A DNA stretch of 64,000 nucleotides from a virus (Duplodnaviria > Caudoviricetes), in the IMG/VR virus record IMGVR_UViG_3300035520_001075, positions 32,001 through 96,000 of that record; one strand, written 5' to 3'. Below the pieces are notes generated by a model that saw nothing but the letters and a program-made list of their open reading frames with translations, made no database searches and was not told the origin of the DNA. Made by a program: the position numbers and the translations under genes. Of this stretch, positions 36,045 to 46,939 are shown in pieces (position 1 is the first letter of the stretch; each line of letters begins with the position of its first letter).

Positions 36045-36509
36045 TTATAATGGCATTTTACTAAGAATCTCTTCAGGAGTTTCCCAATAATCTTTTTCTT
36101 CGTTATAACAAAAAACAATCGCATTGTTGTTGTTGTTGTTTGTTTTGTGGCAAAGAAGATTGTTTTTAAGACGACAAAAAAGACTTTTTTCTTTGTTTTG
36201 ATATTCCTTTTGTGTTTGTTCAAACAAATCTAATAAAAATTTTTGACAATCTTGATTACCAAAATAAATGGCCGTAATATTACTATTTATCTTTGTTAAA
36301 AAATCTTCAAAATTTTCGGGTGTACTTGTTAACATATCAAATTTTTTATTACTAATATCATTATCATAAAAATCTTGTTTTAACAAAATTGTATGAATAT
36401 TATCAAAAAAATTATCTTTGTTTATTTTATTCTCTTTTTTTTTCTTATCATAGTTCTGAAGAACAGAACTTTGAATCATCAAAGCTATATACGTTAATCT
36501 AGTTTTCAT
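36045..36509 (-). CDS. Hypothetical protein
   Basis: RBS AAGGAGG, 154-aa ORF. Confidence 0.65.
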   Translation of the reverse strand: MKTRLTYIALMIQSSVLQNYDKKKKENKINKDNFFDNIHTILLKQDFYDNDISNKKFDMLTSTPENFEDFLTKINSNITAIYFGNQDCQKFLLDLFEQTQKEYQNKEKSLFCRLKNNLLCHKTNNNNNNAIVFCYNEEKDYWETPEEILSKMPL

Positions 36510-36559
36510 TATCCTCCTTAAATCTGTTTATAATATATTTTAATATTTTTTGAATAAAA

Positions 36560-38904
36560 TTAAAATGAAACATCAATAATTTCCATCTCATCTGCTAATA
36601 TCTGCGGCTTTCTCTGGCCGCCCCATTCATTTATATTTGCTCTACCAGCAATCGTAATCATTAAATCATCACTAATATTATCAAGCATTTTAATTATTTC
36701 TTCTGCTTTAAATTTTATATAAGTAATTCCATTGTAAATAAGTCTTATAGTATCATGATTTTTACCAATTACAGAAATTTCATTTTTATTAATCTGAATG
36801 TTTTTTATAATAATAATTGGCTCATCATTACCTTGCGACCATAGGGCTTTTCCTTTATCCATTTCCTCAATTAAAGTGGATAATGCAGGATAGTTTCCGT
36901 TAACAACAAAATCAGCTTCATAGAATCCTTCATTGAAATTGATATCCGCCAATTCATAATTAGCATAATTAGTTAACTTATCAATATTAGAAATTTTAAC
37001 TGATTGCCCAAAAGCTTGAGAATGTCCTTCTGCAAAATCCATATAGCCACTATCTAAAAGAAACTGTCTAAAGTCCTGTAATTCGCTCCCATTGCGGCCG
37101 CGGCCTGAGCCTTTTAAAAATCCATCTGGACTTGTTCTGCCAAGCAGCACTGGCTTCTTATATTTAGCACTAACTCCCATTGCTATTAATCCTGTCAATG
37201 AATTAGGAACATCTAATTCATCAGCATTGAGAATTAATATTTTATTTTCATCTAAGCAATTTTCAAGAATTTGAATATCAAGTAATTCCATTGCTTTTTC
37301 TTTTTCTCGATTTTGTTTTGATTTTGCATTTACGCAATTTCTTACACTTTGGACGCTAACTGTTTCAAGTAGTCCTGATTCTCCTCTTTTTGTAGATGGA
37401 ATTTCTTTTGTGCCATTAATAAAAGATTCAAAAAGTTTTTCTTTTTCATTCATTGTTCCCACTCTTATTAAAGCATTAATAAGTGGGGTTAGATAAAATG
37501 CCACTCCTGTTGGTGTTAGCGGCCCAGTGCCTAATGAATAGGATTGTTTTTCAATTAAATCTTTTAGGAATTGATTATTGATGTGATTTAAACCATACTG
37601 GCAAATATAACGATTTTCAAGCGTTGTTAAGTAGCACATATCGCTTATTCAAGTACCCCTAAATTTCTTTAGGGCTTTGACTATATTTTACAATTAATAA
37701 TTGTACATCTCTTTCGGTTCTCATTAGCTTCGTTTCCTAAAACTAAAATACGTATTAATAGTATTCCTACTCCCCAGCTTTCCAACCTAAGGGATAGTCG
37801 ATACAGGTTAAATGTTTTTGTACATTTAAAAGAGAAAAAAACATTCATTCCCACGGTATTAGCATATTTTTCAACTTAGCCTTCACCGTTAGCCATTTTA
37901 AATGACTCTTATTAATAAAATAAGTAAAGATGTATTAGCACAATACTCTTATGCCTAATGCCACTAAATCTAAATACTTATCTGCGGCATTACCCAAATT
38001 AAATTGCTCATCACAATATTGAAGAAATTTATAAACAACTCCAACACCGCTTAGCTCTTTATTAGGATAGTTCTCAGATAATTGATTATTAATTACAACT
38101 GCATTTTCACTATAATGCGTTGTAAGATGGTGGTCTTCTACTAAAATATCATATCCTAAATCTTTGAGTATCTGATGCTCTTCAAAATCATTACTGGAAG
38201 AATCGGGGCAGACAATTAAATCACATATTTTTCCATTAGTAAATTCGTTCATAATCGTTGAAAGACCATGGGCTTTTGCTTCTGGGATATGATATTTAAT
38301 TTCTACATTAGGATATTTTTCTTTTAGATTATCATTAAAATAGTTAATAAAGATTGATGAAGAAGTGAATCCGTCAACCATTTATACCCTGCATTTCTGC
38401 ATATTTAAAAAGGGGATTAGACTATATCTTTTTAATCTTCTATTTCGAGAAAAACTCTACTCTACTTACACTTTCTGCTTTCGATAGTCGTTGAACATTC
38501 TACTCATTAGAGTTAGCTTTGCTGCGGATTATCCAATTCTTAATGATTTTACTATACCTTAGTCATTACCCTTGCCACTATATTATTACTAATATAGTTT
38601 AGTTATTAAGACTCTAAGGACGTTCCCGCAATTTAAAGGATTTTATTTTATGATTGAAACCTTGACTGAATTAATCACAATCAATAACAAAATATATTGT
38701 ACTATCATTATCTAAATGCTTTTTAAATAAACTAAAGCCTTCTTCCATATTATCTAATAAAGTTGGCTCTAATAAAAAACTTTTCTTAGGATTTGTAAAA
38801 TTCTCATAACTTTCATTAGAAGAGGTAATGATTTCTCTATCAATTAATAAATTCCTAAGAAAGTCGCTATTTATCTCTGTCTTAGTCTTTCTTACATACT
38901 TCAT
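36560..38904 (-). CDS. recJ: RecJ-like ssDNA exonuclease (DHH family; spliced, 582 aa)
   Basis: Exons 38904-38674, 38378-37951 and 37649-36560 give IDCD|VDG, EDHH, SGVGV, DLVALGI|ISDM, KGSGR and GHSQAFG. Confidence 0.9.
37650..37950 (-). mobile_element. Group I intron recJ-I2 (no ORF, 301 nt)
   Basis: P1: exon GGCAT pairs with GTGCT. P10 TATT pairs with AATA. R GTATCGACTA and S AATATAGTC. Terminal G at 37650. Confidence 0.85.
38379..38673 (-). mobile_element. Group I intron recJ-I1 (no ORF, 295 nt)
   Basis: Core AATTGCGGG, AATCCGCAGC, GTTCAACGACTA and AAGATATAGTCT. Removal restores DCDVDG. Confidence 0.87.
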
Positions 38905-38922
38905 TTTAAATTATCTCTCCTC

Positions 38923-39981
38923 TTATAGCCATATCGTATTATTATATAATTTCATAAATGTTTCTTTTCCCTTGTCAGTCGGGCTTTCTTTTAAAGACAA
39001 TAGATTTTGGAAGTCATAAATAAAACCCATATTACAAATGTTTTTATAACGACTACAAATTGTCTTCAATTTACTATAATATTTTTCTTTTTTCTTCCAA
39101 TCTTCCCCTTCCTTATCAAAAGCTAAGATAACTCTTTCTGCACCAGCGGCCAGCAGTAATTCAAGTTGATATTTATGAAACGAACTTCCGCAGGCCGCCA
39201 CAGCAATATTTTTATCATGACCTAAGATTGTATTTAATTGTAGAACTCCTTTTTCACCCTCTGTTATAATTGCTGTTTTAAATTTTTTAATATTACCCTT
39301 AATAAAATTTAACCCATATAAATTATAACCTAATGGGTGAGAATAGAGTTTACCTTCTATTTGAACAGGCATATATTTACCAACTTCAATATCATCTTCA
39401 TTAAGAGAACGACCTCTAATTCCAATTAAATAACCATTTGAATCATAATGAGGAATTATAATCTTATTTTCAAGAGAAGAATAGCGGATTTGATATTCTC
39501 TCATTGTCTGCTCGCTAATTCCATCACTTAACCATTCTATTGTTGGATAGAATTCATAGATATTTAAAAGAGCAGGGTTAATTTTAGGAATATTAACTTC
39601 TATCTTCTGTCTTTTATATCTATCAAATTCTGTTTCATATTTTTGAACAAATTCTAATCCTTTTTCCTGATAATTATTACCAGCTATTTTCAAAACAATA
39701 TCCTGATAGAAATTATATTTAATTCCTAATAATTTATATCGTTTTTTAAATAATTCAAAAATATTAAAATTTTCTGAGCACTCAGTGAAACAATGGAATT
39801 GTTTATTATTCTTATAATAATAAAGCTTTAAACTCGCTTCCGCAGGGTCAATATTATGACAGATTGTTTTAAAAATAATTGCATTTGGAGTATCTTTATA
39901 CTCATCTGAGCCCAACTCCATAACCAACTCGATAATTCTTTCATCATCAAGACTTTGCTCTAATTCTTTTAAATCTATCAT
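38923..39981 (-). CDS. dnaG: DNA primase
   Basis: Zn-binding CHN...HCFTEC, IIIPHYD..G.LIGIRGR, and TOPRIM motifs ITEGEKG and LAFDKE. Confidence 0.85.
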   Translation of the reverse strand: MIDLKELEQSLDDERIIELVMELGSDEYKDTPNAIIFKTICHNIDPAEASLKLYYYKNNKQFHCFTECSENFNIFELFKKRYKLLGIKYNFYQDIVLKIAGNNYQEKGLEFVQKYETEFDRYKRQKIEVNIPKINPALLNIYEFYPTIEWLSDGISEQTMREYQIRYSSLENKIIIPHYDSNGYLIGIRGRSLNEDDIEVGKYMPVQIEGKLYSHPLGYNLYGLNFIKGNIKKFKTAIITEGEKGVLQLNTILGHDKNIAVAACGSSFHKYQLELLLAAGAERVILAFDKEGEDWKKKEKYYSKLKTICSRYKNICNMGFIYDFQNLLSLKESPTDKGKETFMKLYNNTIWL

Positions 39982-41675
39982 AATAAATCTCCTATCTCAA
40001 CATCTTGTAATCGTTTCTTATTATCTTCATCATCACCAAATGCTTTCTCCACTGACTCTAATAAGCTTTCTGGCGGCTCTTCTGAAACCATAGTCAAACT
40101 CTCATCAAAATCTGGAGCGGCGATAATTTCACCATCATTGTAAATAGCTTCTAATTCTCTTATCTTTTTCGTATCTATTGATTCAAAATCAACGATTTGG
40201 AAGTCTTCAATTGGTTTATTGTCTGCCGTTGTGATAAATAAGTCATAAGTCCTACAAGTTCCCAAATCTTTTCTCGACCAAATTCTCACCATATTCCAGC
40301 GGCCGCGTCTATTTTTAAAGACATCGGTTATACAATTTGGGGTGAAGTTATAACGTTTTTGGAAATTTGCTATTTCTTTTAGTTCTTCATTTGATGGTCT
40401 TGACATTATACATCCGCAATCGACAAGGTCTGATATAGAACGTGAACCTCGAATTCTTTTATAATCTCTAAATCCGCCATTTTCGTCATCATCACCGCTA
40501 ATCTGAGTACTTGTTAAAATAAAAGCATTTAATTCAACTGCTAAATTCTTTAACGTTGTTGTAAACAAACGTAAACAAACGTGTTCTGGCAATTTTAAAT
40601 CTCTATACTCATTAAGCATTGCTGGAGATGAGAAAATATAATCGTAGAAAAAATTTTCAACCCCATATTGAAAACTATATTTTCTAAATAAATTTTTAAT
40701 AACTGAGGCACAGGGGTCTGGAACTCTTGCAAACAACATATTATCTTTATAAGTTTCCATTATACGGATAGCTTTATTAATTCGTCCCATATGTTCTTCT
40801 GTGTAAGTTCCATAGAGAAACATTTCTTCATTATAGCCCGTTAGATAGGCTAAAATCATCGTTTGAATTTCTGCTGGGTCTTGTTCTGTCATTACGTATA
40901 GAATTTTTTCTGAATGACCTGTTGCGACCCATCTTCCAATTTTTGGCTCATAACGAATTGGATAGGCAATGTTGCAGGCATCACCAACCATTGAACGGGT
41001 CTTGCCTATACTCGTTGAGCCTGACCTCAAATACATTTTTCCCTTGCGGCCGCCCCTAATAATTGTATTAAAAATATCACCTTGTAAAGGGCATCCAACT
41101 TCTGGAATCGTTTTTAATTCTTCAATTAAATCTTTAACACCATCATAAGCATTACTTTCTTCAATTACGCTATTTAAAACATATTTATTTTCAAAAGTTG
41201 CTATTTCTCCTTTTAAAGAATTAATTATATCTTCTGTGGTCATTACTTCAAATTTCTCATTAATTTTATTATAATTAGCATCCAGCGGATTTTCAGAATA
41301 GAATTCGCTAATATCTCTTCCAGCTTTTTGCAAATCTCTTAATAAATTAATTTTCTTTAGTTTTGAGTAGTAATAATTAAAATTTTCAATTTCGCAATAA
41401 GCTTCACAATCCTGCAAAAAACCAATTCCATTTTCTTTTTGCATGATATCTTTGGCTAAAGAATTTGATTGTAGGTACATATCTATATCAATTGTGTGTA
41501 TACTTTCTGCACCGCCTTGATATAGGTTATAAATTGCAGAGAAGACAAACTTATCTAATTGGTTTGTAAAATCGCTAACTTCTAATTGATATTTATCAAT
41601 ATCGCTTAAGATTTGTGGTCTTTTCATTAGACAGCCAAGAATTTGAACTATTATTTTTCTATCAGTTTTAATCAA
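39978..41675 (-). CDS. dnaB: Replicative DnaB-like helicase
   Basis: Walker A GSTSIGKT, Walker B FFYDYI, plus TSTQI and FKNRRG. Confidence 0.82.
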   Translation of the reverse strand: MIKTDRKIIVQILGCLMKRPQILSDIDKYQLEVSDFTNQLDKFVFSAIYNLYQGGAESIHTIDIDMYLQSNSLAKDIMQKENGIGFLQDCEAYCEIENFNYYYSKLKKINLLRDLQKAGRDISEFYSENPLDANYNKINEKFEVMTTEDIINSLKGEIATFENKYVLNSVIEESNAYDGVKDLIEELKTIPEVGCPLQGDIFNTIIRGGRKGKMYLRSGSTSIGKTRSMVGDACNIAYPIRYEPKIGRWVATGHSEKILYVMTEQDPAEIQTMILAYLTGYNEEMFLYGTYTEEHMGRINKAIRIMETYKDNMLFARVPDPCASVIKNLFRKYSFQYGVENFFYDYIFSSPAMLNEYRDLKLPEHVCLRLFTTTLKNLAVELNAFILTSTQISGDDDENGGFRDYKRIRGSRSISDLVDCGCIMSRPSNEELKEIANFQKRYNFTPNCITDVFKNRRGRWNMVRIWSRKDLGTCRTYDLFITTADNKPIEDFQIVDFESIDTKKIRELEAIYNDGEIIAAPDFDESLTMVSEEPPESLLESVEKAFGDDEDNKKRLQDVEIGDLL

Positions 41676-41679
41676 ATTC

Positions 41680-42369
41680 TCACTCTCCTATCTCATTTAA
41701 ATTGATTAGTTTTTTCTTCTTATTACTTCTCTTGCCACTTGGGTTATATCTAATAGTAAGTCTACCTTTCTCTAACTGCTTCTGAATCGCAGCATCAATT
41801 TCATCTTTTCTTTTTGCCTCTTTCTGATAATACTGTTTAGATTTATCCCAAATATATGGGATTATTCCGATTGAGCCGTTAGCTTTTTCAATTGGGCTTT
41901 TCTTAACCTCAAAAAAATATTTTAAAGCTAATAATTGTCCTCTATATGGCATTCCTTGTTTTTTAAAACGGTTCATTTGAACTAAATTCCAAGAACTTAC
42001 TGGTTGTTCTTTTGAACATTCACCAAATAAGTCGCAAATGTAATAATATAGAGCTTCTTTATCATCGCCTTGTTTTGACAAAATTTCTAAACTTTCTTCG
42101 TTAAGATGCTTTTTTACTGTTGATGTCGCACAGCCAAGTTCCCTTGCAACCATTGTTATTTCCTCATATTCTTTAAATTTTTCATTAATCAATTTAATTG
42201 TCTCTTCATCAATTCTTACTTTGCTTCGCGGCGAGTCGATATTTGATAGAGCCAAATATTTGGACACCGTTTGTGCTGAAATACCCATTTCTTTAGCTAC
42301 TTTAGCCTTACTACCAAGTTCATTATAAAGCTTAATCATTTCTTGAATCTTTTCTTCGTTTATCTTCAT
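41680..42369 (-). CDS. HTH-containing protein upstream of the helicase (possible loader or regulator)
   Basis: Two HTH-like repeats (KVAKEMGISAQTVSKY and MVARELGCATSTVKKH) and GIIPYIW. Promoter at 42402-42430. Confidence 0.65.
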   Translation of the reverse strand: MKINEEKIQEMIKLYNELGSKAKVAKEMGISAQTVSKYLALSNIDSPRSKVRIDEETIKLINEKFKEYEEITMVARELGCATSTVKKHLNEESLEILSKQGDDKEALYYYICDLFGECSKEQPVSSWNLVQMNRFKKQGMPYRGQLLALKYFFEVKKSPIEKANGSIGIIPYIWDKSKQYYQKEAKRKDEIDAAIQKQLEKGRLTIRYNPSGKRSNKKKKLINLNEIGE

Positions 42370-42401
42370 AATTTTATCACCCTTTCTCATTTACTATAAT
42401 A

Positions 42402-42430
42402 ATTATATCATAATTTGTGAAAAAAGTCAA
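42402..42430 (-). promoter_or_regulatory. SigmaA-type early promoter
   Basis: TTGACT-17-TATAAT, followed by TATTATAGTAAATGAGA. Confidence 0.8.
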
Positions 42431-42467
42431 ATATTTATAAGGGAGGCATATTGCTATGCCTCTCCAT

Positions 42468-43742
42468 TTAAAGAATTTCAGAATCTTCTAACCACTCGGC
42501 TGCCTGTGCAGTAAAACTGCGTTCAGTTTTAACAAGATTAACAGCAGCGAAGATTTTTGAATATAATTTTGAAAGTCTTAATTTAAAAAGAGATTTCAAA
42601 CCATTTTTATTCTTAAAAGTTTTCTTATCAATTTGATAGAGGCTTCCATCAAAGAATATACGAGTTCCTTCACCGCATCTTGCTATTAAAAGCTTAATAT
42701 GGGATTCTGTTAAATTTTGAGCTTCATTTACAATAATAATACTATTATTAAAACTTCTTCCTCTCATATATCCTATTGGACATATTTCCAATTTTTCATC
42801 TTGAATTAATTTTGAGACATAATCAATTCCAATTAAATCTGTTAGTGTTCCAAACATTGGAGCTAATTTATCTAAAGCTTCTCCAGGCAGAGCACCTATA
42901 TCCATAGAGTCTTCTGTATAAGAGTTGTTAGGTACGTAGACTATTTTCTGGATATTTTCTTTTTCTAATTCTTGGAGGGCATAATTGTTTAGGATAAAGG
43001 ACTTTCCTCGTCCTTGCTTGCCGCCAGCACAGATAATTGAAATTTCTTTATTATTTAAAGCTTCAAATAAACACATCTGTTCCGTATTTCTTGGAACAAT
43101 ACAATTAATCCATTGATTCTTGATTTTAAGATTATCAACATAATGAAGTTTCTTATTTCGATAGACGAAAGTTGCCATTACTTCATAATCTTCAATTCCA
43201 TATTTATCCTTAATAACAGAATTCTTATTTTTAACAATTAAATATTGATTTTCAAACAGCTCTATATCCTCAGGCTTTTCTCCTGTTTGAAGAATATTAT
43301 CCAATATTTCATTATAACCATTCTCATCAAATTCCAGAATTAAGTATTCAATTCCAGTATAATTTTCCTTAATACTATATCCCTTAGTACTAATTCCATG
43401 AATAATAGCTTTAACCTTTAAGTAAACATCGTTAGTAAGTAAAATCCCATTAACTTTTTCTGTTATTTTAAGTAGCTGGTCATCAACTGGAATTTTCTGC
43501 CAATCTTCATTCTCACATTCATAGAACCAAGTTAAATTATCCAAATTATTTGAAATATAAACTGCTGCTTTTCTTGCGGCCGCCGCCGTCTCAGGATTAA
43601 TATTCTTTTTAAGTCCATCTAATTCCCTTAATACGCTTGTTGCAATTATCAATTTATTATCTGTCTTCTCAACTATTTGTGGATATTCTAAAAGTACACA
43701 AGTATCTATTACATAATTCTCAGCATTTTCGTAAGTTTCTAT
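42468..43742 (-). CDS. phoH: PIN-PhoH (PhoH2-like) ATPase, probably starting at ATA
   Basis: PIN motif YVIDTCVLL lies upstream of the track start. Also VLRELDGLK, LLTND..L, Walker A GGKQGRGKS, MRGRS and IVNEAQN. RBS AAGGAGG lies 8 nt before in-frame ATA 43742. Confidence 0.8.
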   Translation of the reverse strand: METYENAENYVIDTCVLLEYPQIVEKTDNKLIIATSVLRELDGLKKNINPETAAAARKAAVYISNNLDNLTWFYECENEDWQKIPVDDQLLKITEKVNGILLTNDVYLKVKAIIHGISTKGYSIKENYTGIEYLILEFDENGYNEILDNILQTGEKPEDIELFENQYLIVKNKNSVIKDKYGIEDYEVMATFVYRNKKLHYVDNLKIKNQWINCIVPRNTEQMCLFEALNNKEISIICAGGKQGRGKSFILNNYALQELEKENIQKIVYVPNNSYTEDSMDIGALPGEALDKLAPMFGTLTDLIGIDYVSKLIQDEKLEICPIGYMRGRSFNNSIIIVNEAQNLTESHIKLLIARCGEGTRIFFDGSLYQIDKKTFKNKNGLKSLFKLRLSKLYSKIFAAVNLVKTERSFTAQAAEWLEDSEIL

Positions 43743-43795
43743 TTTAATTCCCTCCTTAAATAAAAAAAGAGATAGGATTGCTCCTATCTCCTTAA

Positions 43796-45013
43796 TTAGA
43801 ATAATTCCTTTATCAAGATAAGAGTTTCTTTTAGCTTGTCAATATCTTCTGGCTTAATTTCTGAAAACTTTGTTGGTTTTCCAAAAACTTCTGCTAAAAT
43901 TCTCTGAGCCTCCTCTATCTTTTCATTTACAACAGCTTTATTCCATAATTCTTTTGCTTCTGTCATTAATTCGTCAAAATCCTGAACTAAATATGGATTT
44001 TTATCTTCTGAACTTTCACCGCCGCTATGAGCAACTTCTTCATCAATTGCGTCATGAATAGCATTAACAAAAGCATCATAATCCAATTCAATTTTTGGTG
44101 CTATATATTTAAAACGAGATTTACAAAGGAAACGCTCATCTCCCCTAAAGAACATATAACGTTTTCTTTCAATCTTATCTCCAATTTCAGTTGAGATTTC
44201 TCTTATATAACCAATTATATCAACCATTTTATTAATTAAATTAAATGGTCGATTCGGAAGAGCAGGAATTATTTTTGAGTATTCCTGACCTTTATCATCA
44301 GTGTAGGTTTTTTCTGTTTCATGAGAAATAAATACTATACCATAACCAGCATAAGTTAAATCTCTAAAAGGAGTTATGAAATTATCATCAAGCATCTTAT
44401 ATCCACCGCCATATGCCGCAATATCTCGTACTTGCTCAACTCCTGCTTGAGAACAAGTCCATTTCTCACAAAGCTTAAAAGCTTCATCAACAGTATCAAT
44501 AACTAATACGTTGAATTTTTCCTGCAATTCTGGCTTTTTAATTAACTGAGAAGCCATCTGTCGCCAATCCTGCCATGTTTTAACTGGCTGGACATAGATA
44601 TTATTTAAGGCGTTTGTCCTTTCTACCGTTCCTTTCGGAATACTTTAACACCCCTTAAGGGTCGGAGTAGACTATATCTTCTTCATTTTATTAATGAAGC
44701 GTAATATTTCAAAATAATTAATATTTTTACTTCCTAATGGAATAGTCGTTGAACCTTTCACTGGTTAAGTGATTTGGCTGCTGATTACCATATTAATTAA
44801 TTTAGGCTTTCCAGCAATTAATTACGTTATTCAATATATATTACTATATAAGGGAGCTACCAATTAACCCTGCTCGAATCCGCATATAAGTGCTTTGTCG
44901 AACTTCGATGCGAATGTTGTTTTTCCGCATCCAGGCTGTCCATAAATAAGAGAAAACTTCCCTCTTAAATCTCTACTAATTTTCTGTGGCTCTAAATTAA
45001 GTAAATCTATCAT
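43796..45013 (-). CDS. AAA_24/Sak4-like ATPase (spliced, 322 aa)
   Basis: Exon 45013-44867 has Walker A GQPGCGKTT and ends FEQG. Exon 44617-43796 begins TNALNN and has LVIDTVD, FISHE and CKSRF. Adjacent to an SSB-like gene. Confidence 0.82.
44618..44866 (-). mobile_element. Group I intron in the AAA ATPase gene (no ORF, 249 nt)
   Basis: Core AATTGCTGG, AATCAGCAGCC, GTTCAACGACTA and AAGATATAGTCT. Terminal G at 44618. Confidence 0.87.
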
Positions 45014-45063
45014 TTAATAATCCTCCTAAAAACAAAAAATCTAAAAGTAAAACTTAGGATTAA

Positions 45064-45954
45064 TTAAAATCCTAAGTCTCTTTTGACTGATTTGCTCTGA
45101 GGCTTACTTGAAGTCTTACTCTTTGCAATAAGCTCTTCATTACGAGCAGAACGTTCGCTAAGTACCTGCTTAACTGAATCTGCATCATATGAAAGAGATT
45201 CTTCAAGACCGCAAGGTGAACCGCCTGTGATAAGAAGTTCCTTTCTTGACTCTGTTCTTGAACGAGTGATTGGTTCTCCAAATCCCTGCTCTTCTGTCCA
45301 AGTGACGATTTTCTTGGTCACGTTAATTCTGCCAGTGACCTGAACTGTATCACCAACGTTCCAGTTAGTTTCAATGTAATCTCTCTTAGAACCATCAGCT
45401 ATCAAATCAATACGATTTGCCTTGCCGTTATAACCAATAACGATAAACTGAACAATTGCTCTACCTGTTTCCTCGCCTTCTCTATTATATTCTGGAATTA
45501 TTTTTCCAACTACTCCAGAGAAAATGAACTTCGCAGCCTCTTCATCTGAATCTCTTTTGTTGTTAATAAAGTTAGAAGTAAGCTGCCATGTAGAAACAAG
45601 CTGTCCATCCTTTGAAACAAAAGGATTCTCTTCAATCTTGGCGGAAACCGTTACCCTCGATGCCTGACTTTCGTCATCAGCGGCCGCCAGAGAAGTAAGT
45701 CTATCCTTATAACTTGCAATTATATCATAGATTTTATTATCTGAACCATCTTTCTTAGTTCTCATTGAAAACATTTTAATAGGAACAATATCTTCTGTCA
45801 TCTGACCATTTATTTCCTGATCAATTTTAACATTTGCTGTTCCTCTTATCCATTTTCTGCCGTCTTTTGTAATTCCTTCTACTATATCAAGTTCATTCAA
45901 AATACCGCTTACATATACTTCATTTTTACTTTCTACTTTTCTAATATCTAACAT
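45064..45954 (-). CDS. Single-stranded DNA-binding protein-like (tandem OB folds)
   Basis: NEVYVSGIL and VGDTVQVTGRI resemble OB-fold strands. Located next to the Sak4-like ATPase. Confidence 0.55.
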   Translation of the reverse strand: MLDIRKVESKNEVYVSGILNELDIVEGITKDGRKWIRGTANVKIDQEINGQMTEDIVPIKMFSMRTKKDGSDNKIYDIIASYKDRLTSLAAADDESQASRVTVSAKIEENPFVSKDGQLVSTWQLTSNFINNKRDSDEEAAKFIFSGVVGKIIPEYNREGEETGRAIVQFIVIGYNGKANRIDLIADGSKRDYIETNWNVGDTVQVTGRINVTKKIVTWTEEQGFGEPITRSRTESRKELLITGGSPCGLEESLSYDADSVKQVLSERSARNEELIAKSKTSSKPQSKSVKRDLGF

Positions 45955-46039
45955 AAATTAATTTCCTCCGACTTTTCTTTTAATTTTAATTTTAATTAAT
46001 AGTAGAAGAGAGGGTTAATCCCTCTCTAAATTAGTTTAA

Positions 46040-46309
46040 TTACTCAGCATCTTCTGGATTGTAAGATACTCCTGCTTCGTTAAGTGCAAAATATTTAACT
46101 TCCTTAATCTTACCATTTTCATCTTCAACAGATTCTACGAATCTTTCAATAAGACCTTTCTTTTCAAAACCTCTTACTGAACCTACGACTGCACCAGCCT
46201 TTTCAAAACCAAGTGCTGTCTGAACATCCTTAACTGTGAACTTTACTCCTGCACCTGCTGCCTGTAAGTAATTTAAAACCTTTGCTGAATTTTCTGTAAT
46301 TTTTGCCAT
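46040..46309 (-). CDS. Small winged-helix DNA-binding protein
   Basis: Pattern KVLNYLQ...FTVKDVQTALG...GFEKKGLIER...YFALNEAG. RBS AAGGAG. Confidence 0.6.
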   Translation of the reverse strand: MAKITENSAKVLNYLQAAGAGVKFTVKDVQTALGFEKAGAVVGSVRGFEKKGLIERFVESVEDENGKIKEVKYFALNEAGVSYNPEDAE

Positions 46310-46426
46310 AATAACAATCACTCCTTTAAAAAATTAATTAATTTAAAATATTTTTTTATAAATAAAAACTAATAACAGGTGTGATGAGATTTCATCAATT
46401 TTGCTATTGTTTTATTTTCTATTAAT

Positions 46427-46548
46427 ATTATATCATAAATTATTGATAAAGTCAAATAGTTTACTTTTGTTAATTTTTAATAAAATCTGGAAATTAGCTT
46501 TATCTCATTTACTATAATAATTATAACATAATTTTATTCTAAAGTCAA
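46427..46548 (-). promoter_or_regulatory. Tandem sigmaA-type promoters (46520-46548 and 46427-46455)
   Basis: Two TTGACT-17-TATAAT matches 93 bp apart. Confidence 0.75.
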
Positions 46549-46929
46549 GTCTTTTGGTATTTCAGACATTAACTTTTCTGTGATATCCTCAATTTCCTCG
46601 CAAGCTTTAGTTATTTGTTCTACTTGTTTCTGCATTTCGAGTTTGCTATAATAGAACACAATACCAATTCTTGCAATTTCAGCGAGAGATAAATTAAAGT
46701 CATCTGATAAGATTTTCTGTCTAACAATTTCAAATCCAGTTGCTTTTTCTCGAAGGTCGAGAAGGTAAGTTTCAAGTTTTTCATCTCGTTTTAATCCTTC
46801 TTTTAATTTATTATCCTTATCAAAGAAAGTATCTGTCATATTATAAATTTTATCAAGATATCTATTAAAAGCGGCAACAGCCGCATCTTTATTTTCTTTA
46901 ATTAAAGATATTTTTTCTTCTACCGTCAT
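46534..46929 (-). CDS. Hypothetical protein
   Basis: 131-aa helical ORF directly after gyrA. Confidence 0.65.
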   Translation of the reverse strand: MTVEEKISLIKENKDAAVAAFNRYLDKIYNMTDTFFDKDNKLKEGLKRDEKLETYLLDLREKATGFEIVRQKILSDDFNLSLAEIARIGIVFYYSKLEMQKQVEQITKACEEIEDITEKLMSEIPKDLTLE

Positions 46930-46939
46930 AAAATAATGT

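Noticed and set aside
36123-36142. (TTG)n microsatellite as a phase-variation tract
   Set aside because: It is a short in-frame triplet run encoding poly-Asn, so length changes would not shift the frame.
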